Both the position numbers and the translations under genes were made by a program. A stretch of DNA of 64,000 nt from an uncultured delta proteobacterium (GTDB lineage Bacteria > Myxococcota_A > Polyangia > Polyangiales > Houyiibacteriaceae), in the NCBI GenBank assembly GCA_963699755.1, contig CAVOVB010000002.1, forward strand, positions 416,001 through 480,000. The letters are read 5' to 3'. Shown one piece after another: positions 31,383 to 41,587 of this stretch (within the stretch, counting starts at the first letter, position 1; each line of letters starts with the position of its first letter). The notes under the pieces were generated by a model, which saw nothing but the letters and a program-made list of their open reading frames with translations, searched no databases and was not told the DNA's origin.

Positions 31383-32554
31383 CCGACAGTCAGAGCTTGG
31401 TGTATTGGAGCTTCCCGACACGCGTAGTGGTCGGGGAGGGAGCGGCTTCACAGTGCGGAAACGAAGCGCATCGACTCGGGGCCACGCGCGTGCTGCTCGT
31501 TTCCGACCGTGGGATCGAGGAGGCAGGCCTGCTCGAGCCGGTCCGCTCGGCTCTCGACGCCGCGGGCCTCCCCCACGCATCTACCCTCGATATTTCCTCC
31601 AACCCGCTCGAAAGCGAAGTACTGGGCGCGGCACGTGTCTACGCTGACTTCAAGGCCAACCTCGTGCTCGGCGTCGGGGGAGGAAGTGTGCTCGATGTCG
31701 GCAAGCTGGTGCGATTGACCGCCACGCACAGCGGGTCGCTCGCAGAGTACGACGATGCGATCGGAGGCAGTGCAAAGATCAGCGGCCCCCTACCTCCGAT
31801 GATCGCGATCCCCACTACGGCGGGGACCGGCAGCGAAGTCGGCCGGAGTGGCGTAGTGACGATTCAGGCCACCAACCGAAAGACGGTGGTCTTCTCACCT
31901 CTACTGCTGCCGGAGGTCGCGATTCTCGATCCGGTGATGACCCAAACCATGCCCCCGCGCATGACGGCAGCAACCGGCATGGACGCACTCACCCACTGCA
32001 TCGAAGCCTACGCAGCGGTCGGCGATCATCCGATGGCGGACGCTATCGCGCTCGGCGGCGTTCGACTCTGCCATCGATCGCTCAAGGCAGCGACCGACGA
32101 CGGCAACGATCTTCGAGCGCGCGCAGACATGCTCAAGGCGGCAATGATGGGAGCCGTTGCTTTCCAGAAGGGGCTCGGTGCGTGCCACTCCCTTGCCCAC
32201 CCTCTTTCGGCAGAGCTCGGCATGCATCACGGGCTGGCCAACGCGATTTGTCTACCCGCGGTCCTCGATTTCAATCGCGCAGCGGTGCCCGAACGCATTG
32301 CGGAGATCGCCCGGCAGCTCGGTGTTCGGGCCGGGGATGAAAGCACTCTGGCGTTCGAGTGTGCCGGCGCGGTGCGCGCCCTGCGCAAATCGATCGGCTT
32401 GCCTGCGGACCTGCGTTCACAGGGGGTTGAGGAAGGCCAGCTGCCGAGGCTCGCGGCGCTGGCATTCGCCGATTCCTGCCACGAGCTCAACCCTCGCCGC
32501 TGCAGCGAGGACGATCTCCTCGCTCTCTACAAGGCAAGCCTCGACGATGGCTAA
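31379..32554 (+). CDS. Iron-containing alcohol dehydrogenase
   Basis: GGGSVLD, PTTAGTGSE, DALTHCIE, HSLAH, HHGLAN. Confidence 0.95.
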   Translation: MTDSQSLVYWSFPTRVVVGEGAASQCGNEAHRLGATRVLLVSDRGIEEAGLLEPVRSALDAAGLPHASTLDISSNPLESEVLGAARVYADFKANLVLGVGGGSVLDVGKLVRLTATHSGSLAEYDDAIGGSAKISGPLPPMIAIPTTAGTGSEVGRSGVVTIQATNRKTVVFSPLLLPEVAILDPVMTQTMPPRMTAATGMDALTHCIEAYAAVGDHPMADAIALGGVRLCHRSLKAATDDGNDLRARADMLKAAMMGAVAFQKGLGACHSLAHPLSAELGMHHGLANAICLPAVLDFNRAAVPERIAEIARQLGVRAGDESTLAFECAGAVRALRKSIGLPADLRSQGVEEGQLPRLAALAFADSCHELNPRRCSEDDLLALYKASLDDG

Positions 32555-33020
32555 GCGAAGGAAGGGGAAGCTCGAGTCGGTCTCCAAATTGCTCAAAGGC
32601 GTCTACCCGGCACCGGATCAGCTGGAAGCGGCGAAGGCCTTCTCCTGGTGGACCCGGTCCGTCCCCCCCCGCATCTTGGAACACGCACGCCCCGTCCGAG
32701 TTTCGCGCGGCGTTCTGATCGTGCACGTCAGCTCGTCGGTCTGGGCGAACGAGCTGCAGTACCTCACTAGCGATCTACTCGTGCGCCTTCGAGAGGCAGC
32801 GCCGACGAGCGGGATTGAGAAAATCCGCTTTCAGGTCGGCCCTCTGCCGAAGATCCCAAAACACCTCAAGCCCGCGCCGCAGCGACCGGAGCCGGTGCGC
32901 TTGGCGTCGTTGCCAGAGGAGCTCGGACGAGCACTGAGCCGGGTCGAGGATGACGCGCTGCGAAAGGCGATTACGGAAGCGGCGACGACCAGCTTGGCTC
33001 GGCTGAGGAAACCGGACTGA
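32547..33020 (+). CDS. dciA: DciA / DUF721 family protein
   Basis: W...V...I..HARP....GVLIVHVSSSVWANEL. Confidence 0.8.
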   Translation: MAKRRKGKLESVSKLLKGVYPAPDQLEAAKAFSWWTRSVPPRILEHARPVRVSRGVLIVHVSSSVWANELQYLTSDLLVRLREAAPTSGIEKIRFQVGPLPKIPKHLKPAPQRPEPVRLASLPEELGRALSRVEDDALRKAITEAATTSLARLRKPD

Positions 33021-33031
33021 GTCTCTCGCGC

Positions 33032-33046
33032 CGATGCTTTGCATCG
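33032..33046. terminator. Short hairpin CGATGC-TTT-GCATCG between convergent genes
   Basis: Perfect 6-bp stem 11 nt after the dciA stop; no U-tract. Confidence 0.3.
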
Positions 33047-33121
33047 CTCGAGCTGCGGATCCTCACGTGCCGATACCCGCTGACGACGGTTCGGCGGCTT
33101 GCTGGTTCGCGGTTGCGCGAT

Positions 33122-33451
33122 TTAGCGGTGATACGGCTGTCTCGCGGCGCGAATCATGGCTTCCAGAGTCTCGGGGCCTTCTGCCGAGGAGAGTCGTTGG
33201 CAGACATCCTCAGGCAGCGCAAGCGTGACCGCCTGGAGCTTGCTCTGTGTCAGCATCGAGACCGTGACCCCGAGCTCCCGTCCGATGCGTCCCAGCAGGT
33301 CGACGCCGGGGTCCGCGACCTCTGCGTTTTCGAGGCGGGCAATGGTGCGTCTCGATACGCCCACCCGCTCGGCGAGCTCCAGCTGACCGATGCGGTTGCG
33401 GAGCTCCCGCAGGATTGGGACGTTGGCAGAAATGACATCGATACTGGCCAT
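33122..33451 (-). CDS. XRE-family HTH regulator
   Basis: QLELAERVGVSRRTIARLEN. Confidence 0.9.
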   Translation of the reverse strand: MASIDVISANVPILRELRNRIGQLELAERVGVSRRTIARLENAEVADPGVDLLGRIGRELGVTVSMLTQSKLQAVTLALPEDVCQRLSSAEGPETLEAMIRAARQPYHR

Positions 33452-33491
33452 GCATGGACACTATCGTCCATCTCGAGGCAACACAAGGCCG

Positions 33492-34292
33492 CTATTGCCG
33501 TCGCAGGCCCTCGGTCAGCTCCGAGACCAAGGCTGCGACGGAGGCTCGCGCTTCGTCGACGCTCGCGGCCTCTTCGATCCTCTGGACCACCGCGCTGCCA
33601 ACCACGACCCCGTCGACGTGGGGCGCAACCGTGGCCACGTCCTTCCTCGTCTTCACGCCAAAGCCAATCGCGACGGGACAGCCGAGCTCGCGCTGCAATC
33701 CGCCCGCCCGCTTCGATGCCTCGGCAAGGTCGGTTGCCTGCGAACCGGTCACACCGGTCATCGACACGTAGTAGAGGAACGAAGTCGCCGCGTCCGCCGC
33801 CAACTTGATACGCTCGGGATCGCTCGTCGGGGCCACGAGCGGAATGAAGTCGAGGCCCTTTGCGATCGCCGGCCCTCGGAGACCTGCGCTTTCCTCTGGT
33901 GGCAGATCGACGACGAGGAATCCGTCAGCGCCGCTCTCTGCCGCGTCGTCGACGAGCCGCTGCTCGCCGTACGAGAGAATCGGATTGTAATATCCGAAGA
34001 GCAGAAGCGGCACGTCGGTGCGACCGCGAATGGCGCGAACCGTGTCGAGCACCTTGGCGAGCGTCGTTCCGCCCCGGAGGGCTCGCTCGGCGGCCCTCTG
34101 AATCGCTGGCCCATCAGCGGTTGGATCGCTGAATGGAACCCCGAGCTCGATCACGTCGGCCCCCGCATCGGCGGCGGTGACGACCAGGTCGACCGTGGCG
34201 CTCAGATCGGGGTCTCCCGCGCACAGATAAATGACCAGGGCAGCGCGGTTCTCGTTTCGCGCGTTCTCGAACGCTGCAGCGATGCGGCCCAT
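33492..34292 (-). CDS. trpA: Tryptophan synthase alpha chain
   Basis: IELGVPFSDPTADGPAIQ, GVTG, GFGV, VVGSA. Confidence 0.97.
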   Translation of the reverse strand: MGRIAAAFENARNENRAALVIYLCAGDPDLSATVDLVVTAADAGADVIELGVPFSDPTADGPAIQRAAERALRGGTTLAKVLDTVRAIRGRTDVPLLLFGYYNPILSYGEQRLVDDAAESGADGFLVVDLPPEESAGLRGPAIAKGLDFIPLVAPTSDPERIKLAADAATSFLYYVSMTGVTGSQATDLAEASKRAGGLQRELGCPVAIGFGVKTRKDVATVAPHVDGVVVGSAVVQRIEEAASVDEARASVAALVSELTEGLRRQ

Positions 34293-34297
34293 CTGAA

Positions 34298-35488
34298 TTA
34301 GCCCCTTTCCTGGAGCTTTTCGAGCACTGTCTCGAGGTCCTTGTCACCACGCCCGGACAAGCAGACCAGGATGTCGGCGTCCGGCCCGAGCTCCTTGGCG
34401 AGCGTCGGAAGATACGCAAACGCATGGCTGGTCTCGAGCGCTGGGATGATGCCCTCGATGCGGCATAGCTGCAAAAACGCGTCAAGCGCGGCATCGTCGG
34501 TCACCGCCGTATAGGTCGCGCGCCCGGTGTCCTTGAGCCAGGCATGCTCCGGACCCACACCCGGGTAGTCGAGCCCTGCGCTGATCGAATGCGCTTCGAC
34601 GATCTGGCCGTCCTCTGTTTGAAGCATGTAGCTCTTCGCCCCGTGCAGAACGCCGACGCTGCCAGCACAAAGCGGAGCAGCATGATGACCGGAATGGATG
34701 CCTTCGCCAGCAGCTTCGACTCCGATCAAGCGAACTGACTCGTCGTCTATGAAGCCAGCGAAGATGCCCATTGCATTCGAGCCGCCGCCGACGCATGCGA
34801 CGACCGCATCGGGAAGCTTTCCGGCCTGCTCCAACATCTGCGCGCGCGCCTCCACCCCAATCACCGCCTGGAAATCTCGCACTATCATCGGATACGGATG
34901 CGGGCCCGCCACCGAACCGACGCAGTAGTGAGTGGTGCGCACGTTGGTCACCCAATCACGAAGCGCCTCGTTCATCGCGTCCTTCAATGTCGCGGACCCT
35001 GAAGTGACCGAGTGCACTTGCGCGCCGAGCAGCTCCATGCGCCGGACATTGGGCGCTTGGCGGTGGACGTCCTCTGCACCCATGTAGACCTCGCAGGGCA
35101 GCCCCATCAGCGCGCAAGCGGTGGCGGTTGCTACCCCATGTTGGCCAGCGCCAGTCTCGGCGATGATCCGGGTCTTGTTCATCCGCTTGGCCAGCAGAAT
35201 TTGGCCGATCGTGTTGTTGACCTTGTGCGCGCCGGTATGACAGAGGTCTTCGCGTTTGAGCCAGATCCGCGCCCGGACTTCTTCGCTGAGGCGAGACGCA
35301 AAATAGGTCGGCGTCCCGCGCCCGGCATAGTGATGGAGGAGCGAATCCAGCTCCGACTGAAAGGCGGGATCGCTCCGAGATGTCTCGTAAGCCTGCGTCA
35401 GCTCGTCGAGCGCAGGCATGAGGGTCTCGGCTACGTAGCGTCCACCATAAGGGCCGTAGCGCCCAGTAGCGGGTTGGGGGGGTTGCAT
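34298..35488 (-). CDS. trpB: Tryptophan synthase beta chain
   Basis: [33 protein letters not shown]. Confidence 0.97.
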   Translation of the reverse strand: MQPPQPATGRYGPYGGRYVAETLMPALDELTQAYETSRSDPAFQSELDSLLHHYAGRGTPTYFASRLSEEVRARIWLKREDLCHTGAHKVNNTIGQILLAKRMNKTRIIAETGAGQHGVATATACALMGLPCEVYMGAEDVHRQAPNVRRMELLGAQVHSVTSGSATLKDAMNEALRDWVTNVRTTHYCVGSVAGPHPYPMIVRDFQAVIGVEARAQMLEQAGKLPDAVVACVGGGSNAMGIFAGFIDDESVRLIGVEAAGEGIHSGHHAAPLCAGSVGVLHGAKSYMLQTEDGQIVEAHSISAGLDYPGVGPEHAWLKDTGRATYTAVTDDAALDAFLQLCRIEGIIPALETSHAFAYLPTLAKELGPDADILVCLSGRGDKDLETVLEKLQERG

Positions 35489-35524
35489 GAGGCGCGGAAC
35501 GTAGCGCATAGGAGAGTCGGGCGC

Positions 35525-36346
35525 ATGCCTATGAAAGAGCCGAATCGAACCAGCCCTCATCCACTCGACCGTCAAGCCTACGAGCGCCTTCTGCAGCGCG
35601 TTTCGTTCCTGCATGAGTGGTTTCAGCCGAGCATCGAAGGCGTCGAAAACATCCCCACCGAAGGGGGCGCTCTCATCGTGACCAATCACGGTCATTTTGG
35701 CATCGACCTTCCCGTTCTTCTGCGACTCATTCTCGAAGAGAGCGGCAGGGCCGTTCGGTCACTCGGAGACCGCGTGGTTTTCGCAATGCCGATCTTTCGC
35801 GAACTCGCGCACAACATGGGTGCCATCGAAGGCGAGCCCAGAGCAACCGTTCAATTGCTAGAGGAAGATCAACTGGTACTGGTCTATCCGGGTGGAGCGA
35901 GAGAAGCCCTCAGCGATCCCGCGGACGCGTACCGACTGCAATGGGAGAACAGCCGCGGCTTCATTCGTACGGCGCTGCTTGCGCAGAAACCGATCATCCC
36001 TATCGCCGGCCTCGGCAATGAAGAGCTCTACGTCCAGGTCATTTCGCAGGATCGGGTTCGACAAAGCGGCGTGGGCCGCCTCATTTCGCAGCTGCTCGGC
36101 GACAAATACGTCATGCCCATCTACATGGGCCTCGGCGCGCTTCCGTTTCCCACAGAGCTGCACTACGTCGTCGGAGAGCCCATTCATCTGCCGCACGGCC
36201 CGGAAGCTGCCGACAATCCCGAGATCGTGGCGAAGCTCCACCAGCAAGTGACCGAAACGACCCAGCAGCTGATCGACAAGGGCCTCGATGAACGCAAAGC
36301 CGCCGCTGAGGCCGACACTGTTGCTGTCTCACGCCGCGCGACGTGA
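35525..36346 (+). CDS. Lysophospholipid/DGAT-type acyltransferase
   Basis: [29 protein letters not shown]. Confidence 0.85.
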   Translation: MPMKEPNRTSPHPLDRQAYERLLQRVSFLHEWFQPSIEGVENIPTEGGALIVTNHGHFGIDLPVLLRLILEESGRAVRSLGDRVVFAMPIFRELAHNMGAIEGEPRATVQLLEEDQLVLVYPGGAREALSDPADAYRLQWENSRGFIRTALLAQKPIIPIAGLGNEELYVQVISQDRVRQSGVGRLISQLLGDKYVMPIYMGLGALPFPTELHYVVGEPIHLPHGPEAADNPEIVAKLHQQVTETTQQLIDKGLDERKAAAEADTVAVSRRAT

Positions 36347-36924
36347 TAGAGTCAACTTTGAAGTCGGCGATGCAGTATAAGCTCTACCGCAGAACCTTCG
36401 CGAAGCTCAGCCTCTTGACCGGGGCAAGCGTGCTGATTCTCCCCGCGTGCAGCGATGATTCCGTCGCACCTGTACGTACGGGCACGCTCACAGCTGAAGA
36501 GCGCGAGCTGCTCGAGCGCTTCGCGCAGGTTTTTTTGCCGACCGACGGCACTTCACTCAAACCACGTGCGGAAGTTCCGGTGGTGGACAATATCGATCAT
36601 GCGTTCTCACTGATGGACGCTCAGACCCTCGACCAGGTTCGCGTCGGCCTCAAGCTCTTCAACTACGGGTCGATTCTGATCGGGCTTCACTTCGCACGCT
36701 TCGTCCACCTCTCGGCGGAGCGTCGGCTCGCCTACATCGAGCGTTGGGAGCAGGGCATCGAGATCCAACGCGGGGTCTCCACCCTCCTCAAGAAGCTGGT
36801 CTGCTACGGCTACTGGACAGACATCGAGGCAGGCCGGGCCATCGGTTATCAGGGGCCGGTATCTGACGCAGCTGGTGTCCCGAGCCTCGGCAACGCCCCG
36901 ATGCCTCGAACCAACAACGGGTGA
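36343..36924 (+). CDS. Tat lipoprotein, gluconate-2-dehydrogenase subunit-3-like partner
   Basis: RRTF twin-arginine, lipobox LPAC, GYW...IGYQGP. Confidence 0.7.
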   Translation: MIESTLKSAMQYKLYRRTFAKLSLLTGASVLILPACSDDSVAPVRTGTLTAEERELLERFAQVFLPTDGTSLKPRAEVPVVDNIDHAFSLMDAQTLDQVRVGLKLFNYGSILIGLHFARFVHLSAERRLAYIERWEQGIEIQRGVSTLLKKLVCYGYWTDIEAGRAIGYQGPVSDAAGVPSLGNAPMPRTNNG

Positions 36925-38486
36925 TGGCGTTGGCAGACGAACCCACAGCGAAGATCCAAGCCCTTCCCGAGCTGAAGGTGACGTCACCGGCGCAAATCCC
37001 AGAGGCAGGGCTCGACCTCGAAGCGGACGTCGTGATCATCGGTTCGGGCGCCGCAGGTGCGGTGACGGCCTACGAGCTGTCGCGTTCCGGGGCCAAAGTG
37101 GTCGTCCTGGAAGCGGGCCCATACATCAGGTCCAGCGAGTTTCAGGAACACGCGCCTACGGCTCTCGAGACCTTGTACGAGGACCACGGGAATCAGGTCA
37201 ATAGCACTGGGGACCTGACCATCCTGCAGGGCAAGTGCATCGGAGGCTCGACCGTCGTTAATGCCGCCGCCTGTTTCCGGGTTCCAGACCAGGTTCTCGA
37301 AAGCTGGGCAGAGGAGCACGGTCTGGACGAGCTCACCGCTGAGTCGCTGGCTCCCTACTTCGAACGCGTGGAACGCAATCTCTCGGTTCATCAGAACGAG
37401 CCGCAAGAGGTCAACTACAACGGGCGCCTGCTCATCGAAGGCGCCGCGAAGGTGGGCATTCCCGCGTCTCCCATTTCTCGCAACATCAAGAACTGCGCGC
37501 TCTCGGGGCACTGCATTTCCGGATGCAAGACCGACCGTAAGCAGTCGATGCTGGTCACTTACCTGCCTTGGGCGAGCGAGCTCGGGGCGACAATCTTCAG
37601 CGGAACGCGAGCGAAAACCTTCGAGGTCAGCGGTCGGCGCGTGACTGCGGTGAACGCGGTCGCCACCGATCCGAACGGGAACACCAGACCGGTCCGCGTA
37701 CGCTCAGGGCTGGTCGTCGTCGCGGCCGGCGCAGTGCAGACCCCGCTACTGTTCCAACACAACAAGATCGGAAACAGCAGCGGCCAAGTCGGCCTCAACT
37801 TCGCGTGTCACCCTTCCCTCGCGGTCTTCGGGGAGCATCGCAACGACATCTACGCCTGGGTTGGCGCCACGCTGACCGCGCAGGCCGGCGACATCGAGAA
37901 CCCCTTGAAAGGAGGCTATCTGCTCGAAGCCGGCATGGTCGGCCCGGTCATCACCAGCGCCTGGATCGATGGAGGCCTGGGAAGCGACTTCGTCGCGTTC
38001 ATGGAAAGCAGCAAGAAGTTCCAGGCGGCTGTGACCTTGATTCACGACCACAACGTCGGTCGGATCTACCTCGACGGCGACCGCAAGCGAATAGACTATG
38101 ACCTCGACGATCGTGACTTCGAGTCGATGAGGGAAGCGCTACGCGGGACCGCTCGGATCTACTTTGCAGCTGGCGCGCACCGCGTGTATCTACCAACGAC
38201 TCGGCGGACCACGATCGAAAGCGAGGATCAAATCGATTCGGTCATCAACCGCCTTCGGAACGCGAAGCACGCGTACCGCATGAATTCGTACCATCCCCAG
38301 GGGACGATGCGGATGGGCGCCGATCCTGCGAAGAGCGTCGTCGGGCCGAGCGGCCGCTGTCACGACCTCGACAACGTCTACGTGCCGGATGCAAGTCTCT
38401 TCCCGTCCTCGCTCTTGGTGAACCCTCAGATCACCGTCTACACGATGGCCAGCTACATCGCTGATCAGATCCTGGCGCGCGCCTGA
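36924..38486 (+). CDS. GMC-family flavin oxidoreductase
   Basis: IIGSGAAG, GGSTVVN, C..SG.C..GC, HPQGTMRMG, NPQIT. Confidence 0.92.
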   Translation: MALADEPTAKIQALPELKVTSPAQIPEAGLDLEADVVIIGSGAAGAVTAYELSRSGAKVVVLEAGPYIRSSEFQEHAPTALETLYEDHGNQVNSTGDLTILQGKCIGGSTVVNAAACFRVPDQVLESWAEEHGLDELTAESLAPYFERVERNLSVHQNEPQEVNYNGRLLIEGAAKVGIPASPISRNIKNCALSGHCISGCKTDRKQSMLVTYLPWASELGATIFSGTRAKTFEVSGRRVTAVNAVATDPNGNTRPVRVRSGLVVVAAGAVQTPLLFQHNKIGNSSGQVGLNFACHPSLAVFGEHRNDIYAWVGATLTAQAGDIENPLKGGYLLEAGMVGPVITSAWIDGGLGSDFVAFMESSKKFQAAVTLIHDHNVGRIYLDGDRKRIDYDLDDRDFESMREALRGTARIYFAAGAHRVYLPTTRRTTIESEDQIDSVINRLRNAKHAYRMNSYHPQGTMRMGADPAKSVVGPSGRCHDLDNVYVPDASLFPSSLLVNPQITVYTMASYIADQILARA

Positions 38487-38495
38487 AGGCGCGAG

Positions 38496-38900
38496 CTACT
38501 GAGCCTTCCGCATCCGGCTGAAGCACCATAGACCGCCGTCGGCCTCAACGAGCTGAAAGCCTTGCTCTCCAAGGCCAGAGAACTGCTTGGTCATCTCTTC
38601 GGGTTTCTTGCTAGGGCGAACGCATTTGTATTCCCAGTTGTACGAGCACCACTGGCCGTGGTGAGGATGGCCCTTGCCACAGTGCGCACATCCCTTGCCC
38701 TGATTGCACTGGGGACAGGCAGTGCCCTCGGCGCAGCGTGGGCAGGCTTCGCCGGCCGAGCAGTGAGGACAAGTGGCGGTTTTTGCACAGGTCTTGCAAG
38801 ACACCTCCTTGCCATCGGTCTGAGATTGGGCGGGGATAGTGTCAGACGCGGCCCAGATCAGGCCGGCGATGAGAACAAAAGCGAGAAGCACGGGGCGCAT
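38496..38900 (-). CDS. Secreted Cys/His-rich protein with five CxxC repeats and a DUF4177-like tail
   Basis: Signal peptide; CxxC every 9 aa; WEYKCV...LGEQGFQLV; AGGAGG RBS. Confidence 0.7.
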   Translation of the reverse strand: MRPVLLAFVLIAGLIWAASDTIPAQSQTDGKEVSCKTCAKTATCPHCSAGEACPRCAEGTACPQCNQGKGCAHCGKGHPHHGQWCSYNWEYKCVRPSKKPEEMTKQFSGLGEQGFQLVEADGGLWCFSRMRKAQ

Positions 38901-38952
38901 GAATCCTCCTGGCGTCGAGGCCCGGACGCTAGCACGCCCCGCTGAGGCCGCG

Positions 38953-39564
38953 CTATGTGCGTTTGGCCGCGTCGATGAAGCGTTTGACCAGATCTGGATC
39001 CTTGCGACCGGGCGCCGATTCGACTCCTGACGCTACGTCGACGCGGAACGGTTTCACCGTCGCCACGGCCTTGGCGACATTGTCCGGGGTCAGGCCACCG
39101 GCCAGGGTTAGCTTGCGCTCCTTGGCGACCTCTGCAGCGATCGTCCAGTCGAAGGTTCTGCCCGTGCCACCGGGCATGCCAGGAACGCTCGCATCGAGCA
39201 GGAGGTGCTCCCCTGGGTACCTTCGCGCGAGCTCGACGGCCGAGCCGTCTTTCACGCCGATCGCCTTGTAGGCGCTCGGCAGGAGCTCGGCGATCATCTC
39301 GGGCGGCTCAGCGCCGTGCAGCTGCGCCCAAACGATGCCGGTTTCGCGCAGGATCTCCTGAATCTCGTCGAGACTGAAATCAACGAATACACCAACCATT
39401 TGGGCAAGATCAGCGCCGGCCTCGACGATCGCGCGGGCCGTCGGGATGTCGACGCACCGCGGCGAGCCCGGCCAGAAGTTGAGGCCGATCACGTCTGCAC
39501 CCGCTCGAATGCAGCGCAGCGCCTCCTCTATACTGGTTAACCCGCAGATTTTGACCTCGGCCAT
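38953..39564 (-). CDS. trpF: Phosphoribosylanthranilate isomerase
   Basis: VKICGLT, QLHG, GGTG.TFDW, LAGGL, DVASGVE. Confidence 0.95.
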   Translation of the reverse strand: MAEVKICGLTSIEEALRCIRAGADVIGLNFWPGSPRCVDIPTARAIVEAGADLAQMVGVFVDFSLDEIQEILRETGIVWAQLHGAEPPEMIAELLPSAYKAIGVKDGSAVELARRYPGEHLLLDASVPGMPGGTGRTFDWTIAAEVAKERKLTLAGGLTPDNVAKAVATVKPFRVDVASGVESAPGRKDPDLVKRFIDAAKRT

Positions 39565-39709
39565 GTCCCGAGGATGGGCCGCCACGGCCTCTTCGTCCAA
39601 CCTGCCCCGAGCGCTTGCGACCTGTGGAGACCGGTTCTAGAAAGGCAGCCAGTTTGGGCCGGAAGGACGGGCGCAGGAGCGCCGGCGGGACTAGAATTGG
39701 TTGTAGAGC

Positions 39710-41587
39710 ATGAAAACATCTGCCGCTGCGCGTGTTCAGCCGAGTCCGCGTGAAACCCTCGATTCTGTCGTGATTCGCTTCGCTGGCGACTCCGGTGACG
39801 GAATGCAACTCACTGGGAGCCAGTTCACGACGGCAACTGCGAACGCGGGGAATGATCTGTCGACGTTCCCGGATTTCCCAGCCGAAATTCGTGCGCCGGC
39901 AGGCACGACCTACGGTGTTTCGGGCTACCAGATACACTTCGCTTCCCACGATGTGCTCACCCCCGGTGATACACCGGACGTGCTGGTGGCGATGAATCCC
40001 GCTGCGCTCAAAGTGAACAGTGACGCGCTCAAGCCAGGCGGATTGCTGGTCGTCAACACCGGCGCATTCACAACGACTAATCTCAAGAAAGCCGGCTACG
40101 AAAGCAACCCGCTCGAAGACGGCTCGGTGGACCGCTTTCGCGTGTTACCGCTCGACGTGTCGAAGCTGACGCTCGATGCGGTCAAAGACGTTGGCCTGGG
40201 CTCGAAAGATGCGAATCGCTGCAAGAACATGTGGACGCTCGGCCTCATGTACTGGCTCTTCGGACGCGAACGGGATCAGACGGTCGCGTGGCTCAGGAGC
40301 AAGTTCGCGAAGCGTCCCGAGCTCGCCGAAGCAAACATCGCCGCGCTCAACGCGGGCCACATCTACGGCGAAAACGCGGAGCTGCCGCACGGAATCAACG
40401 CGTACCAGGTGCCGGCAGCGAATCTGACCCCGGGCGAATACAGAAACATCAGCGGCAGCGAAGCCACTGCTTGGGGCCTGGTCACCGGCGTGCAGCTTGC
40501 AGGCCTCAAGATGGTGTACGGCTCCTATCCGATCACACCGGCCTCGAATCTCCTCCACCAGTTGGCTCGTCTCAAGCATTTCGGCGTGACGACCTTCCAA
40601 GCGGAGGACGAAATCGCAGCGGTTGCGGCCGCGGTGGGCGCGAGCTTCGCCGGTTCGGTCGGCGTGACCGGGACCTCTGGACCCGGCGTCGCCTTGAAGT
40701 CCGAAGCGATCGGTTTGGCGATCGCCGCCGAGCTGCCCCTGGTGGTCGTTAACGTGCAACGAGGAGGGCCGTCGACCGGGCTTCCGACGAAAACCGAACA
40801 GTCCGACCTCTTCCAGGCCGTCGTAGGACGCAACGGCGATGCGCCGCTGGTGGTCTTGGCTGCTGCGACGCCGGGCGACTGCTACTACATGGCGATCGAA
40901 GCAGTTCGGATGGCCGTGAAATACATGACACCGGTCATCCTGCTCACTGACGGTTATCTCGCCAACAGCGCGGAACCTTGGCTGCTCCCCGACCTCGACG
41001 AGCTACGACCATTTCCGGTCGAGTTCCACCGCGACCCGGAGGGATTTCATCCTTTCTTGCGAGATGAGCAAACCCTCGCTCGCGTTTGGGCGGTTCCGGG
41101 CACCCCCGGCCTCGAGCACCGCATCGGCGGCCTCGAAAAGGACAGGGACAGCGGCCACATTTCATACGACCCTCAGAACCATCACAGGATGACCACCATT
41201 CGGCACCAGAAGGTTGCTGGAATTGCGAGGGACATCGAACAGGCCAAGGTCGACCAGGGTGAGAGCGAGGGTGATTTGCTGGTCGTCGGCTGGGGCTCGA
41301 CCTATGGGGCGATCAGTCAGGCTGTGCGCTTGCTCCGCGAGAAGGGTCACGACGTCTCCCATTTGCACCTTCGCAACATCTGGCCTCTTCCCGAGGGGCT
41401 CGGTGATCTACTCAATTCGTTCAACAGCGTGCTGGTACCAGAGCTCAACAACGGGCAGCTGGTAATGTTGCTCAGGGCGGAGTTTCTCGTTCCCGCCGAG
41501 AGCCTCACACGGGTCACGGGACAACCCTTCCGAGTCGGCGGCCTCGTCGAAGCGGTGGAAGAGCGACTTCAACGGAGCGGAGAATGA
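39710..41587 (+). CDS. korA: 2-oxoacid:ferredoxin oxidoreductase alpha subunit
   Basis: RFAGDSGDGMQ, YPITPAS, QAEDEI, QRGGPSTG. Confidence 0.93.
   Translation: MKTSAAARVQPSPRETLDSVVIRFAGDSGDGMQLTGSQFTTATANAGNDLSTFPDFPAEIRAPAGTTYGVSGYQIHFASHDVLTPGDTPDVLVAMNPAALKVNSDALKPGGLLVVNTGAFTTTNLKKAGYESNPLEDGSVDRFRVLPLDVSKLTLDAVKDVGLGSKDANRCKNMWTLGLMYWLFGRERDQTVAWLRSKFAKRPELAEANIAALNAGHIYGENAELPHGINAYQVPAANLTPGEYRNISGSEATAWGLVTGVQLAGLKMVYGSYPITPASNLLHQLARLKHFGVTTFQAEDEIAAVAAAVGASFAGSVGVTGTSGPGVALKSEAIGLAIAAELPLVVVNVQRGGPSTGLPTKTEQSDLFQAVVGRNGDAPLVVLAAATPGDCYYMAIEAVRMAVKYMTPVILLTDGYLANSAEPWLLPDLDELRPFPVEFHRDPEGFHPFLRDEQTLARVWAVPGTPGLEHRIGGLEKDRDSGHISYDPQNHHRMTTIRHQKVAGIARDIEQAKVDQGESEGDLLVVGWGSTYGAISQAVRLLREKGHDVSHLHLRNIWPLPEGLGDLLNSFNSVLVPELNNGQLVMLLRAEFLVPAESLTRVTGQPFRVGGLVEAVEERLQRSGE

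Noticed and set aside
35012..35695. Long mutual overlap of the trpB and acyltransferase ORFs
   Set aside because: Artefact of longest-ORF calling; plausible starts at 35488 and 35525 remove it
38496..38900. Multihaem cytochrome call for the Cys-rich protein
   Set aside because: None of the CxxC motifs is followed directly by His
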